Shown here piece by piece: positions 9,863-22,900 of a stretch of DNA of 64,000 nt; the first letter of the stretch is position 1, and every line of letters begins with the position of its first letter. Below the pieces are notes generated by a model. The model searched no databases. It worked only from the letters and a program-made list of their open reading frames with translations, and was not told the DNA's origin. The stretch lies in assembly GCA_009859145.1 (NCBI GenBank), contig VRVR01000017.1, positions 143,170 through 207,169 of the forward strand. Reading direction: 5' to 3'. A program made the translations under genes and the position numbers. Origin of the DNA: Andalucia godoyi And28. Taxonomy: Eukaryota > Protista > Jakobida.

Positions 9863-10954
9863 ATGTCTGAACTTCTGGGATTTGTCATTCGTCCGGTTAC
9901 AACGTTCATTAGAACGCTCGTCTCCGGCGACAAACGGCGATTCCGCGATGGACGGTACGACCTGGATCTGTCCTACATCACGGACCGCATCATGGGAATG
10001 GCAATCCCCGCAACAGGAATCGCCAGTCTTTGGCGAAATCCTGCTTCTGAATTGGCAGCGTTTTTGAATGAATACCATCCAAAATCCTACAGAATCTTCA
10101 ATCTTTCAACATTGCCGTATGATACGTCCTATTTTGATGCGGATTCTGTTGTTGATCTTGGGTTTCCCGACCACCACAACCCACCATTGTTGTTATTGCA
10201 TAGACTCTGCCAAGAAATTGACAAATATCTTTCACTGGATTCCAGCAATGTTGTCTTGATTCACTGTCTTGCTGGTCGTGGGCGAACAGGCACAGTAATT
10301 GCGAGCTACTTGACGTATTCTGGGGAGTTTGACTCGGGATCGGAAGCACTCGAGCATTTTGCTCAGAGGCGGAGTTATGTCAACAAGGGGGTTACGCAGC
10401 CTTCGCAAAGACGATATGTGCAGTATTATTCTGAACTAATCTGCAATCGCCGTCCTTCGCACATCCCTGTTAAACTTATGCGCGTTGTTCTCTATTCACT
10501 TCCTCGAGTATCGAAAGGCAAGCAAGGCACAATCGCTGTTCCACAAATCGACATATTCACTGCCCCTGCACAGAGTGCAGAGCCAACCCTTCTGTTTCGC
10601 TCTTCTCTTCAGCACAGCGTCATTGGATCGGCGTCCGCCGATGTCCCAATCCAGCTGGCTCTCCCCCAAGTCACAGACATTTACATTCGTTGTTATCACG
10701 TCGTTGATTCATCCAAGCCTGGCAAGGACGGGGCTGGAAAAAGGAAGTTTCTATTTCGTCTTGGGTTCAACACAGGTTTCTTACCCTTAGGAGTGTTGCG
10801 CTTAACAAAGTCCGAGATTGACGATGCGATCAAGAGTTCCAAGTTCGATGCAGATTTTTTTATAGACATCGTATGTGACAGAATGGATGGAAAAGAAGAT
10901 CTAAAGAATGGCGAGGACCCTTTGCGGACAATCCAGAAACGAGATCGGCGATAG
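9863..10954 (+). CDS. PTEN-like phosphoinositide phosphatase with C2 domain
   Basis: LVSGDKRRFRDGRYDLDLSYITDRIMGMAIPA, FPDHHNPP, CX5R loop HCLAGRGRTG, GVTQPSQRRYVQYY, LFRLGFNTGF, EIDDAIKSSKF. Confidence 0.92.
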   Translation: MSELLGFVIRPVTTFIRTLVSGDKRRFRDGRYDLDLSYITDRIMGMAIPATGIASLWRNPASELAAFLNEYHPKSYRIFNLSTLPYDTSYFDADSVVDLGFPDHHNPPLLLLHRLCQEIDKYLSLDSSNVVLIHCLAGRGRTGTVIASYLTYSGEFDSGSEALEHFAQRRSYVNKGVTQPSQRRYVQYYSELICNRRPSHIPVKLMRVVLYSLPRVSKGKQGTIAVPQIDIFTAPAQSAEPTLLFRSSLQHSVIGSASADVPIQLALPQVTDIYIRCYHVVDSSKPGKDGAGKRKFLFRLGFNTGFLPLGVLRLTKSEIDDAIKSSKFDADFFIDIVCDRMDGKEDLKNGEDPLRTIQKRDRR

Positions 10955-13900
10955 CTAGTGGTATTTCCACGAAATGATAGCACAGCCCCTTAAGCAAACA
11001 ACAGAGGTTGATTCTTGGAATCCTTGCGGCAACACCACATCCATGAGCATGTTTGTTCGACTCGTATTTGTGTACAGCGGCATCGTAACGACATCTCGTT
11101 TTAAACCCGTGGAGCTGCTGGTATCAGGCGCTTCGGAAAACGTCAGTTTCATACACGGCAGTGAAGCGGTTCCCACACCACTTTCGGCGAGTGATACAGC
11201 CCCATCTAACCAAACACACCCTTCTAGTTGCAGATCAGTAACAATAAATTGTACAGGCAACTTGTTTGACACGGGATCATCCATGTTTTCAAAGACGAGC
11301 TTAGGGCAGAGAGTTTCCAAAGGCTTCTCCAGAATCTCCGCAGCCAGCTGATGGACAGCAGTGATAAACGCTTGCGGAGACAGCAGTTTTCCAAGACACA
11401 CCCGAACCGTGGAACTCGTCCCATCTCGAGAACAAGCATCGACAATCGAACGCAGTTGTGCGTGTCGAACGGACAGCTCAGGAATCCACGCACTCGCCAA
11501 AGGATTAGGTGCTGTTTCGAACATCCGCCAGTCTGCGGGGACCGTATCAGCCGACAGAAGTCGAAGCGTCATCCGAGTAGAATTCGTAAATCGAGACTGC
11601 CCTTTAAGCACGCTGAGCAGATCGCTAAGGTCCTGCCGAACTCGCAACAACACTGCGTTGAGCAGCCCAATTTCCCGAACCAAGAATCGACCAACAGCTT
11701 CTCCAATGTCTCTCCTCATTTCAGGTAAAGAAATTGTCGCAGGTAATACATCTAGCCAATGGTTACACGAAGAAATGATAATTGCAGTGCCTGATGCAAC
11801 AGAATCCGCGGACTTCGAACCACTCAGATCCTTTTCGTAAGCAGATTCGTCTTCCATTGAGGCTTGAAGAATCAATATCTTTTTCATCAGGTGTTCGCCT
11901 TGTCGCAAATGTACCATGTGCTGCGCCGATATGGGCAGTCCGATCCAATTTGGACCTTCTGTCGAAGGCAGGGAGGCGACCCAAGTTGAAAAATCTTCAA
12001 GGTTGACAATTCTACTGCTCAACAAGACTTCATTCTTCACAAGAACGAATCCATCCTTGTATGCATCTGCAGTCATGAAACTCTCCACGAGAGCCCGAAG
12101 GATCATCAAATCACGCTTGTTCTCGATCTTGCCTCCATAAATCGAAGAAGTCAACAGGGACCGAATCGCATTCCACGGTAGTTCGTCTGGCCGAACGTTC
12201 TGTCGACCCTTAGAGACTCGATCTATCCACAAGTCAACAACATCAAATGCAAATCGAAGATCAGCGTCATTGAACTCGTATTTCTTGGACCAGCCAAGAG
12301 GAATGAATCGAAGACGCTCCTGAACAACAGCATGAAGCCAGGAGAGCAACACATGCATACGGATACGCTCCAAGGGAGGTTGCACAACATTCGACGATGC
12401 TGCCACAGTCCGTAGCACGTGGGAAACCGAAGCCTGAATTCCTGGGGCAGCCTCATTCATCAAAATAAACGATCGTCGAAGGAGCGTTGACGGCAATGCA
12501 GAGTTAGACTCGGAAGAAAGGAATAATCGGAACGAAGGTCTTGACATTTGGGACAAAGTCGCAAGTCGCTTGTCCAAAGTCTCAATCCAGTTCAGGGCAA
12601 GGTGAACGTTCTTCAGCAACAACCAGGAACCAGATCGGGTCGCAGAATTCAGAAGTGATTCAGCTTCTACAATGCTATCCGCATCACCCAAGGCCACAGA
12701 CAAAAACTGAACACCCAATGTCTCCGACGCAAGCTTCTCAACGGCATCCGTCGGATCGTAACCCGGAGTGGAAATCATTAGCAACGGACTTGAGGGCACC
12801 ACACTTTCCACGATGCGTCGGAGATTCGCTTCGGAAGAGTCCCGCAAAAATTCTGCACCAAAAACAGACAGCACAAAGCTTTCCATTGCAAAGACGAGAC
12901 GATCGGGACGGAGAGCCTTCGTTAACAGCAAAGAGTGAAATGCACAGAGAACCTTGGAGGCTGCGTCTTGTCCATTTGCTTGCGATCCTAACAACTGTGA
13001 AGCAAGAACTTCTGGCTTTTCTGCAGACAAGATGTCAAATACCGCAGTCATGGTGGTTGCATCCTGGCTCTTAAGCTGGTCCTGGAGTAACTTGAATGAC
13101 GCCAAGGAAAGCAAAGACTGCAGTGCGGTTGACGATGAAGCAGATAGCTTGGATTGCAAGGCAGCGGGCATTGCAGTCTTTCCGCTGCCGGATTTCTCCA
13201 GTGAGACCGACAGGTGGAATAGCAACTCCGACTCTCGCGCAGAAATATCGACGCCACAGACATCGACAGCATACATAATGGAAAATCGCGATGCAAGCGC
13301 AAGGGCATCCACGTACAGCAGAGAACGACGGATGCGGGAAAACGCTGAAGAAAACAGCGAGATGATGAACGACGAAATTCGGAGCTCGGATCCTCGATCA
13401 CCTTCAGCATGAGGACTGGACAGCACAGTCTTCAAAATGACCCAGAATGTGTCAAGAGAGAACTGATAAAGATTGTTAATCTCCGAGAGGCGGAGGAGAG
13501 AAAAATAGATGCGAGAACAAACAGCAGCAAACGGTTGGTACACCGCTGCAGCTCGAGACAAATCTCTCATCACCACATCTGTTTCCTGCATGCGATTTTG
13601 AACATCGAACGCCTCCTTCTTAACAGTTTCAAGTTTTCTGAGAACAACGTCGTCTTCAAGAAGATTCGCCGTTGAATCGGATAGCGCATTCAGCAATTCC
13701 TCCTCCAAATTTCGCAGACGCACACGGTATTCCCCTTGCGACCGCAGTACTTCGGTGCGACGATTCTCAATGTCGGGTCTTTCTGAAAGCAATATGAGGG
13801 CAAGGGATTGACTGACCAAAGAAGCAGGAGTGACCGAGAAATTGACAAACGTCACCCTCGAGGAGACATCAGGAGAAAACTGGTGCAGTGGGTTCTTCGT

Positions 13901-16900
13901 GATCAAATACAATGCAAATGACGGCGAAAGATCTACCTCCCGCGCACCCACTCGAACCAGCATTCGGCCTCCAGTCTTTTGGACCTCTCGATTTAAAACT
14001 GGATTCAAAACAGGATCGAGATGTTCTACGTCCTCTACCAACAACGTTGTACCGCAGCGAATGGCATCTTCCAAAGCCGCCATGAATGACTGATCCAAAA
14101 AGCTCACTCGAACCACAGCATTCGAGCCTCCAATTGCAGTTCTGCTGGAAATGAGAAACTGAACACCTTGTCCAGTTGGATCAATGATCAAGGGATATCT
14201 GTTGAACCTCTCAAGCATCACCGCATTCTCGACGCACACATCATCCGCCGGCAGGCCAACAGACGCCCACATTAGTCGTTTGGATGGAGCACTTAGCATG
14301 TCCACCAGAGACAGCGACGGTCTGTATGGAATATGCAATCTATCCAAAAGCGCCATCCAGCGAGGAATCAGCAAAGAGTGGCGGTAATATTCGTCAAAAT
14401 AACCGGCATATGCGAGGAAGGCAGATGAAATCAAAGAGTCTCCAACAAGAGTCGACATGTCCGACGAGAAGGATTTCGTCTGAGAATCCCACCTCCTTCG
14501 TTCTTCAATCAAATTGGAGAGCAACGAGGAAGATCTTTCCGCCTTGGATTGTACAGTTGACTTTTCCAGCTTGATGTGCTCCGCTTCCGCGATCAGGTTT
14601 GCATATTCTTCCTTGTATCCCGAAATACGCATCTCCAATTCTGATATCATCTCAATCAACGCTCGCTGCTTCAGGCGCAAGTCATCCAATTCAGTTTGCA
14701 AGCTGAGGACCTCTTGTCGTAACGGCGACACTCTTTCCAAGACAAATGAATAAGACAGTTGAGCCTTTGTCCATTTCACCAACGGCCCACAGGCTTTTGA
14801 GCTTCGATTGACTGCGTCAAAATCAAACAGATCATTTGACATGAACTTCTCCATGCGTTTCCGGAGTTTTTCATCAATCTGGCTAGTATCAAATTCCACA
14901 ATGCTTGCGATGAAATCGGAATCACGAATGATACGGCGAATGCCTTCCCAGTCCGCCGCAGCCTTTTCTTTTCCGAGCATCGTACACACAGCTTGAAGAC
15001 AAAACTGGACAGCCGCAGGAGGATTTGGCAAAGCTCTCAGTTCGTCCAGCTGCTTCTTTTTAATCTCTCGGACTGCTTCTTTCGCGTCTGCAACCAAAGG
15101 CTCTACAGTCGCAAGCTCCTTTTCTGCATCTTCCCGACGATTTCGAACTTCGTCAGCTCTTCTTTCAACAACAACACTCATCTCTTCAGAAGTCTTCTTC
15201 TTCTCTTCTGCCTCTCGCTGTTCTACCATCATCTGGGACAACTTTTGATTGGCTGCGTGACTCTTCTCCGCAAGTCGTTCTTCATACTCTTTTAGCGAGG
15301 CCTTTAGTGAGGCCACTTCCAACTCAGCCTGACCAAGCTTTTCCAGTCCTCGAGTGACGTGCAACTGTTGATCAAGGATTTGCGCGGACTTTTCCAGCAT
15401 AATCCTCTCAAAGTGCCTGATGAGATCGAGGAAATGACGCGGAGTAACAAAAAAGGAAACGCCTTGTCTACGAGTGAAGACGGCTCCAACAGACGATCCG
15501 GTGTCATGCAGACCAACAAGAGACTGCGATGCAGCGACGGAGAAGGCGGATTCTTGCTCGTACTGATCCGATGAGAGGCGCTTGAAATGGTCCATTAGTC
15601 CCTCTTCCGCAGCAGACGCAAAACACTGCGATAGATCTATACGAGACACAAACTCCGAAGCAACCTGTGAAAGAGCAAGCTCATTCCAGTCGCCAAACCA
15701 ATCGACAACACATCGGTTGAACAAGGCTGGGGACGTCGCAGTTCTGTTCGTAAAATCTGGGTTGGAAGGATTCATTGTCAGAACGATATGCAAGTTGCGC
15801 TGCACCCGATTCAAGAACCACTTGAACAGATCGTCATCTGAATCAATGCGCTCTTCAGCGAGTCTCGCTGATTCACGACAAGAATTCAGTAGCGCTGCTA
15901 ATTCATCCCCTTCAAACAAACCGGGAACTTCTCCACTTGCCAACAACGCGTTCATATACTCAAGAAAAGCAGTGTCTAAAATATTCGATTCATCAAAAAT
16001 GAAACATATTTTCTCGCCCTTCACACCAGAACGCTTCAGCACAGAGCGCAAATCCGCCTCGAAATCAGCAAGCGTGTATCCCCGGTGCGCTTTGATTTGG
16101 AAAACAGAGAGCCCATTCATCCAAGCAACAAAACGAGACAACACAGTTTTTCCTGAACCAGAGGCACCTGCTAAGAGGAGATGCCCCAAAGGTTGCCTGA
16201 GCACACGATCGATTCGAAGCACATGGTTCAATACTTCATCAAACACAACCAAATGAACATCCATTTCCTCGTCAGCGAAAGACTTCAGGCGGGCGCGGAC
16301 ATACTGTCTCAGTTCTTCAGCATCTACAGAAACGTACGCGCGGGTAAGCCAGTTGGAAAACAAAATAGGCTGCTGCAACGACACGTCGAGATTGATAAAG
16401 AACGACGGATTGCCAAACAAGGTTCGTGCAGACGACGTAAACAAATCCAAGGTCCACTCTCGCTCAGAAGAGGAAACCAAACGATCGTGGAAGAGTCGCA
16501 GCCCTTCGTGCACCAGTAATCTCACAAACGTATCCCCCGAAATTTCGTTTTGCGTAGAACTGTTCACTACCTCAACAACGGCTCGCATCCAGCGAGACAA
16601 TTCTCGTGGACTGTATATGTAGTGAGGTTGCATGTCAGGAGTGAACCGGCGTTGTGAATCCGAGTACACCTTCACCATGAACTGGGAGCTGGAGAGCGCA
16701 AGCTGCGACAACTGCGGGAGCATCCGTAAAGCGGCTCGCATCAACGTTCCATAAATACGATTCAGCGAATCTGAGGAGGGAAAATCCACAAACAAGACGG
16801 GAGCATGTCGAAGAAACCGCATGGACAGAGGATGTCTCCCCGGATCCGAAGGAGGATTGCAAGCTCCAACGAATTGAACACGTTCCAGCGCAACAAAAGC

Positions 16901-19900
16901 TCCAGACTGCGGATGCCAGAAACCACGCATCTCCACAACCTGGCGTATCAGAGAAATGATTCGCTGTGTGCCATACTTATCCGGAGACGGAAGATTGATT
17001 TCATCACAGAAGATTACGAGCCACTTTCCTGGCTGAGACGGACGACAGACAAGGCCATTAGCGGTTCGTTCAATGTCGCAATACCTTTCAATTGTGCGGA
17101 AGATGATATTGGGGCCCGTCGCAGAGGAAAAAGAAAGAGAAACAACTTGAATGTCCGGCATCCGCTGGAGAACAGAGGTCAGAGTCATGGTCTTTCCAGA
17201 TCCCGGTGGTCCACAAAGAATGACTGGCACACGAAGATTCATCCAAGACCGAAGTACTTCCTCGTGACGAACTGTGTCTACTGTCGGAATGACAACATCC
17301 GGAGAACCCGCGCGGGATGCTTCGACCTCGGTATTGGGCACCAGAGACGACCAAGACACCATTTCTGCAGTCTCAATTTCAAGTCCGAGCTGCAACAGAT
17401 CTGCAGGCCCTGAGTAGTGAAGATCAGGCACAACAGTTGGCGCCGTAGAGCCTACAAACTTGGCAAATTCTTCGCGAAGACTTAGAGGTAGCGTTCCACC
17501 CAGTCCCCAAACAACCGCAAGCAGCAACTGGCGGTCACAAAATTTCACCAAAAATTCTGGATCGAGGGGCAAAGGCATGTTGGAATCGCGCGACCAATCA
17601 AGCACCCGTTGCACAGACCCCATCATAAGTGCAGAGACGGCCTCAACCCCATACGCCAAAGATACGTCCATGATATGCTTCCCAGAAAACGAGCCCGAAT
17701 TCACGTGGTTCCAGCACTTTTCAAACAGCTCGTACTCAACAAACAGTTTCCTGAAGCGCTGACTGACGACAGCAAACACACCAAAAGGATCGGTGGAAGC
17801 TCGGGCAGCACAGGAAAGTGCAAAGTGGTTCAAGCGCATCGTGGGCGACACGATACCGTCGGCGAACCAGATCATGCCGCATCGAGATACTGTAGCCAAC
17901 GTAGCTTGCTTCAGATCCTGTACTTCAAACACCAAACGGACATTCCGTGGCAGGGAGATACGTTCACCGTTGGGGAGAGTCAACAGTTTGTTATCGTCCA
18001 AGACAGAATTCAAGTTTTCAACCCATTCCGGATCGACATCACCATCAAACACAATCCAATGGACACAGGTCGTCACGTCCGACACGGGAGCATCCGCGAT
18101 CTTGCGTAGGATTTTGGTGAAAACACCATCGCTCCAGTCACGGGTGGTAGGATCCAAATAGCCGTATAGTTCCTCTTTCGTCAATGACTTTGGATCAAGA
18201 ATGTAACTTCTTGCCGAAAGCCCTTCAACGGACGCTCCAGCTTCCAGAGCCAGCTGCCACAAAGACGACTTTCCGCTTCCAGCAGGGCCCACAACCATCA
18301 AACCATGATGCACTTTGCTGATTTGATATACTTGCACAGCCTTGTCCAACCACATCTCGCTGGAAATCAGATGGCGACGTTGGCACAGATTGCTGATCTT
18401 CGCAACAAACTCCGAGTGAACGGCACTAGAAATCTTCGTTCCTCTGAAGACATCCATCAGCAGAGACCGCAGCAAAGGCACATCCTCTGGTACTAATTTT
18501 GGAATCAAGCTGTCACAGATGGCCGTGACAATCAGTTCGAACTCTTCGGAAGAAGAGTGCAGATCAGCACGGGATTTCAAAACTTCTCGTTTGATGTTCC
18601 CTGCAGTTACCAACACGCTTTTCAATGCACGCAATCCAAAATCGTAGTGAGATTGCTTTGACAATTGGTCAAAGCAAAGTGTGAAAAACGGAACGATTTT
18701 TTGGGATAGTTTTTCTGCGCTTTGAAAACCTTGCGCATAGAGCATAACTTGTGCAATCAACTCCTTGTCCGGCTGGATCATGGCAAAGGAGCGGAAAAGT
18801 TGCTTCAAATTGTCTGGGAGGTTTCTGCGACCTGCATATCCCGGGTTCATCGTAACAAAAATTCCTGTTTCCGGTCGAACCTGCACATGCCTTCCAATCA
18901 ATTCAATACGCCCGGCAGCAGGACCCGCTCGAATTGCAACTTGGATCAATTGGATCTGTTGAGAAACAGCAGAAAGAATGGATTCCTCGAGTCTGTTGAA
19001 CTCATCAAAGCATCCCCATGCGCCGCACTGACATAAACCCACAAAGATTCTCCCCATGGAACGGACATCAAAGGTGTCATCACAATTGAATACCAAAGTA
19101 AATCGTCCTAAGGCCTGGCCGAGTGCTTTGACCGTTTCCGTCTTGCCCGTTCCAGCAGGACCAAAAGGGGAGCCACCCAGCCGGGAATGCAAAGCTTGAG
19201 TCAACGTCAAAAACGCTCTATCTGTCAACGGGGTCTGCACCAGTCGGTCTTCAATACCGAAATATTCAAGACCATACACAAATTCTGCATTTGCGCATCT
19301 TACCAACACCGACCTTTCCGCGTCATTCCGTCCCTTTTCAGACGAAGAAGAAAGATAGTACCGAAAGAAACAAAGCCAGTCAAAGGATCCAGCGGTTTCG
19401 CATTTTAGAGAAATCAAATGCCGAGCGACATCGCGTTCGTGCACCAGTTCCGTAATCAGCGACACAGCTTTCTTGTGACGACGAGAATCGGCATTGGACA
19501 CATTCTCATGGGTCAACAACTGAATACATAAACCCAAACAATCAGCAAGATCCACAAGAGATTTTGCAGCATTGGACGTTGAGAGCGACTTCTCGACTTC
19601 GCTTGTCCACCAAACCTGAGATGCAAGCAGCGCAGCTTGACAAGGGAAACTGTCAAACCAACGAACGTATTGTGTGGAAAATGCCGAACGCTCAGCACGA
19701 GCAATTGCAAACAGCTGTTCGGTGGCAGAATAGACAGCACTCAAGAGAGAAGCTTGGATCTCGACATTTAATCGCGTTAACCAGGCGTGAACTGGTTCTT
19801 TGGGCAACACTACCACTGGCGTCACAAAGCCGAGTTCTTCCCCTTCTAATGACACAACAGAAACAATGGAATTGTCTCCGCAGTTCAAAGAAGCGACGCC

Positions 19901-22900
19901 AGCAAACATCTTCCGAAGATGCTTACTCACGCGCGCAACATCGGCGGCCTGCGCAAGCATCTCCAACAAATCTTCATCCCCTATAAAGTAAAAGCGTGGA
20001 AAAGAACTCCGCTGTTTTTCAAGATAATCTCCCAGAGATTTCTGAATTTTGGAAAGAGAATCGGCAATGCGCTCCAACACTTTCAAAAGATCCTTGTTGG
20101 AATCGAATACCTCCAGAAACCTAGGATTTTGCTGCACTTTCTTCATGAGACGCACAAACTCTGAATCAACAGATGAAAACTTATTCGCCTCTGCAGGCAA
20201 CTGCATCCGAATATCAGCAGCGGAGACGCCGCCAAAGATTCCTTCAAGATAAACCCATCTCCTCTGCACATCAGACCACACATCAACCAATACACGAATT
20301 CGGCTCAGTCTGTCTTCCCACTTTTCCGCTGTATCTTTAAACGGGAAATAGAATGGCGATTGCTTCATTGCTGTCAGAGAATTGAGATGCTCAGACATTT
20401 TTGATGACAGATCATCCCAGCCCTTGATTAATGAGCAGCGCGACTTGTAGGTCACAAGTTCCACGACACAAGACTCCCAGCTCTCGGCAACTTTGCTGAG
20501 AAACACTTCGAGAGCAAACTCTCCTTGCGCAGACCGGATCACTTCCTTGAAAACCATGTCGAACGTCAGCGGCTTCAAATCATAAACATATCCTAACGTA
20601 ATGTCAACAATGGAAACGGGCTTCGACGAGTTCAGCTTTCTGAACAAGAGAGCCCAGTGCCGGTCTTTCACAAAATCGCTGCGAAGGTCCACAATGATTC
20701 CGTGACATTTCTTAAACGACTCCAATGTTTCTCGCTGGAATTGCAGAGCAGGATAAGAATGCATCCAGGCCGGAAGACTAGAGACTTCTGCGAGAACTTC
20801 GTCGATTTGCGCGCGGAGTTTTCGTGGAACAATTCCAGAAAACGGCAAATCTCTGATGGCATCAATCCGATTAGAAACAGCAAAACACTCAGTCCAAACC
20901 TTCTTCATTTCCCTGAGCTCTGACAACACAGTGAGCATTGGGTTGTCAATATCCGGAACAAATGTAAAAGAAGCGTCCAGAACATTTCGAGCCATGTTAA
21001 TCTTGAACCAGTTTTCAGACAATGCGGATGCACGGTCCTCGTACTTTTGAATGCTCAGCAATGCTTCTTGGGGATGAACACCACCTTTTGTCGGTCGCTC
21101 AGAGCTCCACTCTTCTTCGAATTGCCGGACATAACCCCTTAGCAAACGGTCTTCATCATGAATACGCGCCTTGAGATCTTCGATAACGTTCTTCATCGCC
21201 TCTGATTTTCTGGATACCATTTGCTGCACACGATCCCATGCTCCGGATATCTGATCCACATGCACCCATTCTGACGGAAGAGGGATTTTGTTTCTGTCCA
21301 ATACCTTTTGCCCTCTGCGAAATAGATCGACAGACTGCGCCCAGTTGACAAGGGACGCATTGATTCTTTGCAAAAGAGTCACGCACTCAATGGCATTCTT
21401 GGTACTGGTTTCAAAATCAACATCTTCGAGATCTTTTCGAGTCCTTGCAAAATCGGCAAGTAGCTTCGCACCTTCGTCGTGCAACCGCGTACGAAAATTC
21501 TTCAAGAACCTCTGCATCCAGTCCTCGTACTTATCTCGAACCTTCTTGGAGATCGCGCGGCAATCGACAGTAGTTGCACCAAATTGCGCAATAGAATCTT
21601 CCGAGTCGACAATTGACCGTTTGCTCGAGACGCTTTCAAAAAGAGAGAGCCACGCACGCAGGTCAGATCCCAACTTTTCAACAACAACCTCCGCATCCAT
21701 CGACCACAGTGCCTGGTAGCGAAACCAGTCATTGCAGTATGTCGCCACGGCAGACACAGTATCTTCAATTGACGCAAACGCAGCACGTAGCAACTTGCTA
21801 TCCACGAACGAGAGCAGGTATCGATACGTCTTACTTTCCTTTTGAAACCCAGAACCGAGAGCTGCATCAAACTGTTTTGCCCTTATCATAGGAATCGCAC
21901 AGAGAACAGAGATGACTTCGTCAAGTTTTCGATACCAGTGGGTTCGGACTGTCTCCAAAGGCGGTTCAACAACAATGACAGACGACACAAGTTTCAGATG
22001 AACAGTTAATTGGTTGACGGACGCTCGCTCAGTGACGTCGGTGCTTTGCAATTCAGAATCGTTTTCGTTCTTCTGGACAGAGAAACAGGATACGAAATGC
22101 GACACTTCTGCTGACAACTTTCTCAGTATGACACCAGACACATGTTCGTTGATAACCACTATCCACTCAGAAGCATGCGAATACAATTCGGAGTGCAGAA
22201 CAACATAGTCCACAAGATCCTGGATTTCGGACACAGTGGAAGACACTTCGGAAGGGAGTGCCGAGGAGCACTTCTCAATCAGTGCAAAAATGCGCTTCTT
22301 CCTCGTCAGCAAGTCATCGACTTTGCGCTCGAAGGATCTTGCAGCAGAATTCAAAGGAAGGCAGAACTTTGAAACAGATACCTCTCGAGGACCGCTCCAC
22401 TCATGTTTCATGCCCATTTCAAGCAGACGGTAGATATCTGCGAGATCCCGAGCTAACAAACACTGCATTTCCTTGGCATGGACATGCAGTTTTTCGAGGG
22501 ATCGACGAACGCCGTCGACTGCTTCAATGAGCAGCATTGCAGCCTTCTGTGAAGTTACCGCGGCAAGCACAACACTCTTTACCAGAGAAGAGACATAGTC
22601 GCTGATCTTAAACAGACGAAACTGATTCGTCTCATTAATCAGATCCAAGAGCGCCATCGGGTAGTTGACTTGAAATACCAGTTCCGTTCCCTTCTTGGCA
22701 CCTTGAGAAGTCTTGACATCAACAATACTGAACACAGGACCTGCCATCACTGGTTCGTCGTCTGCACCTTGCCTCTTCCATTGAACAAACGAACAAGTCC
22801 GGATCCAACTTTCCGTTTTAGAAGTCCAATCATTCATCAAATTCCTGAGATTCGTCTGAATTTTCGATCGGAACGGATCTGATACTTGTCGGAATCGAAA

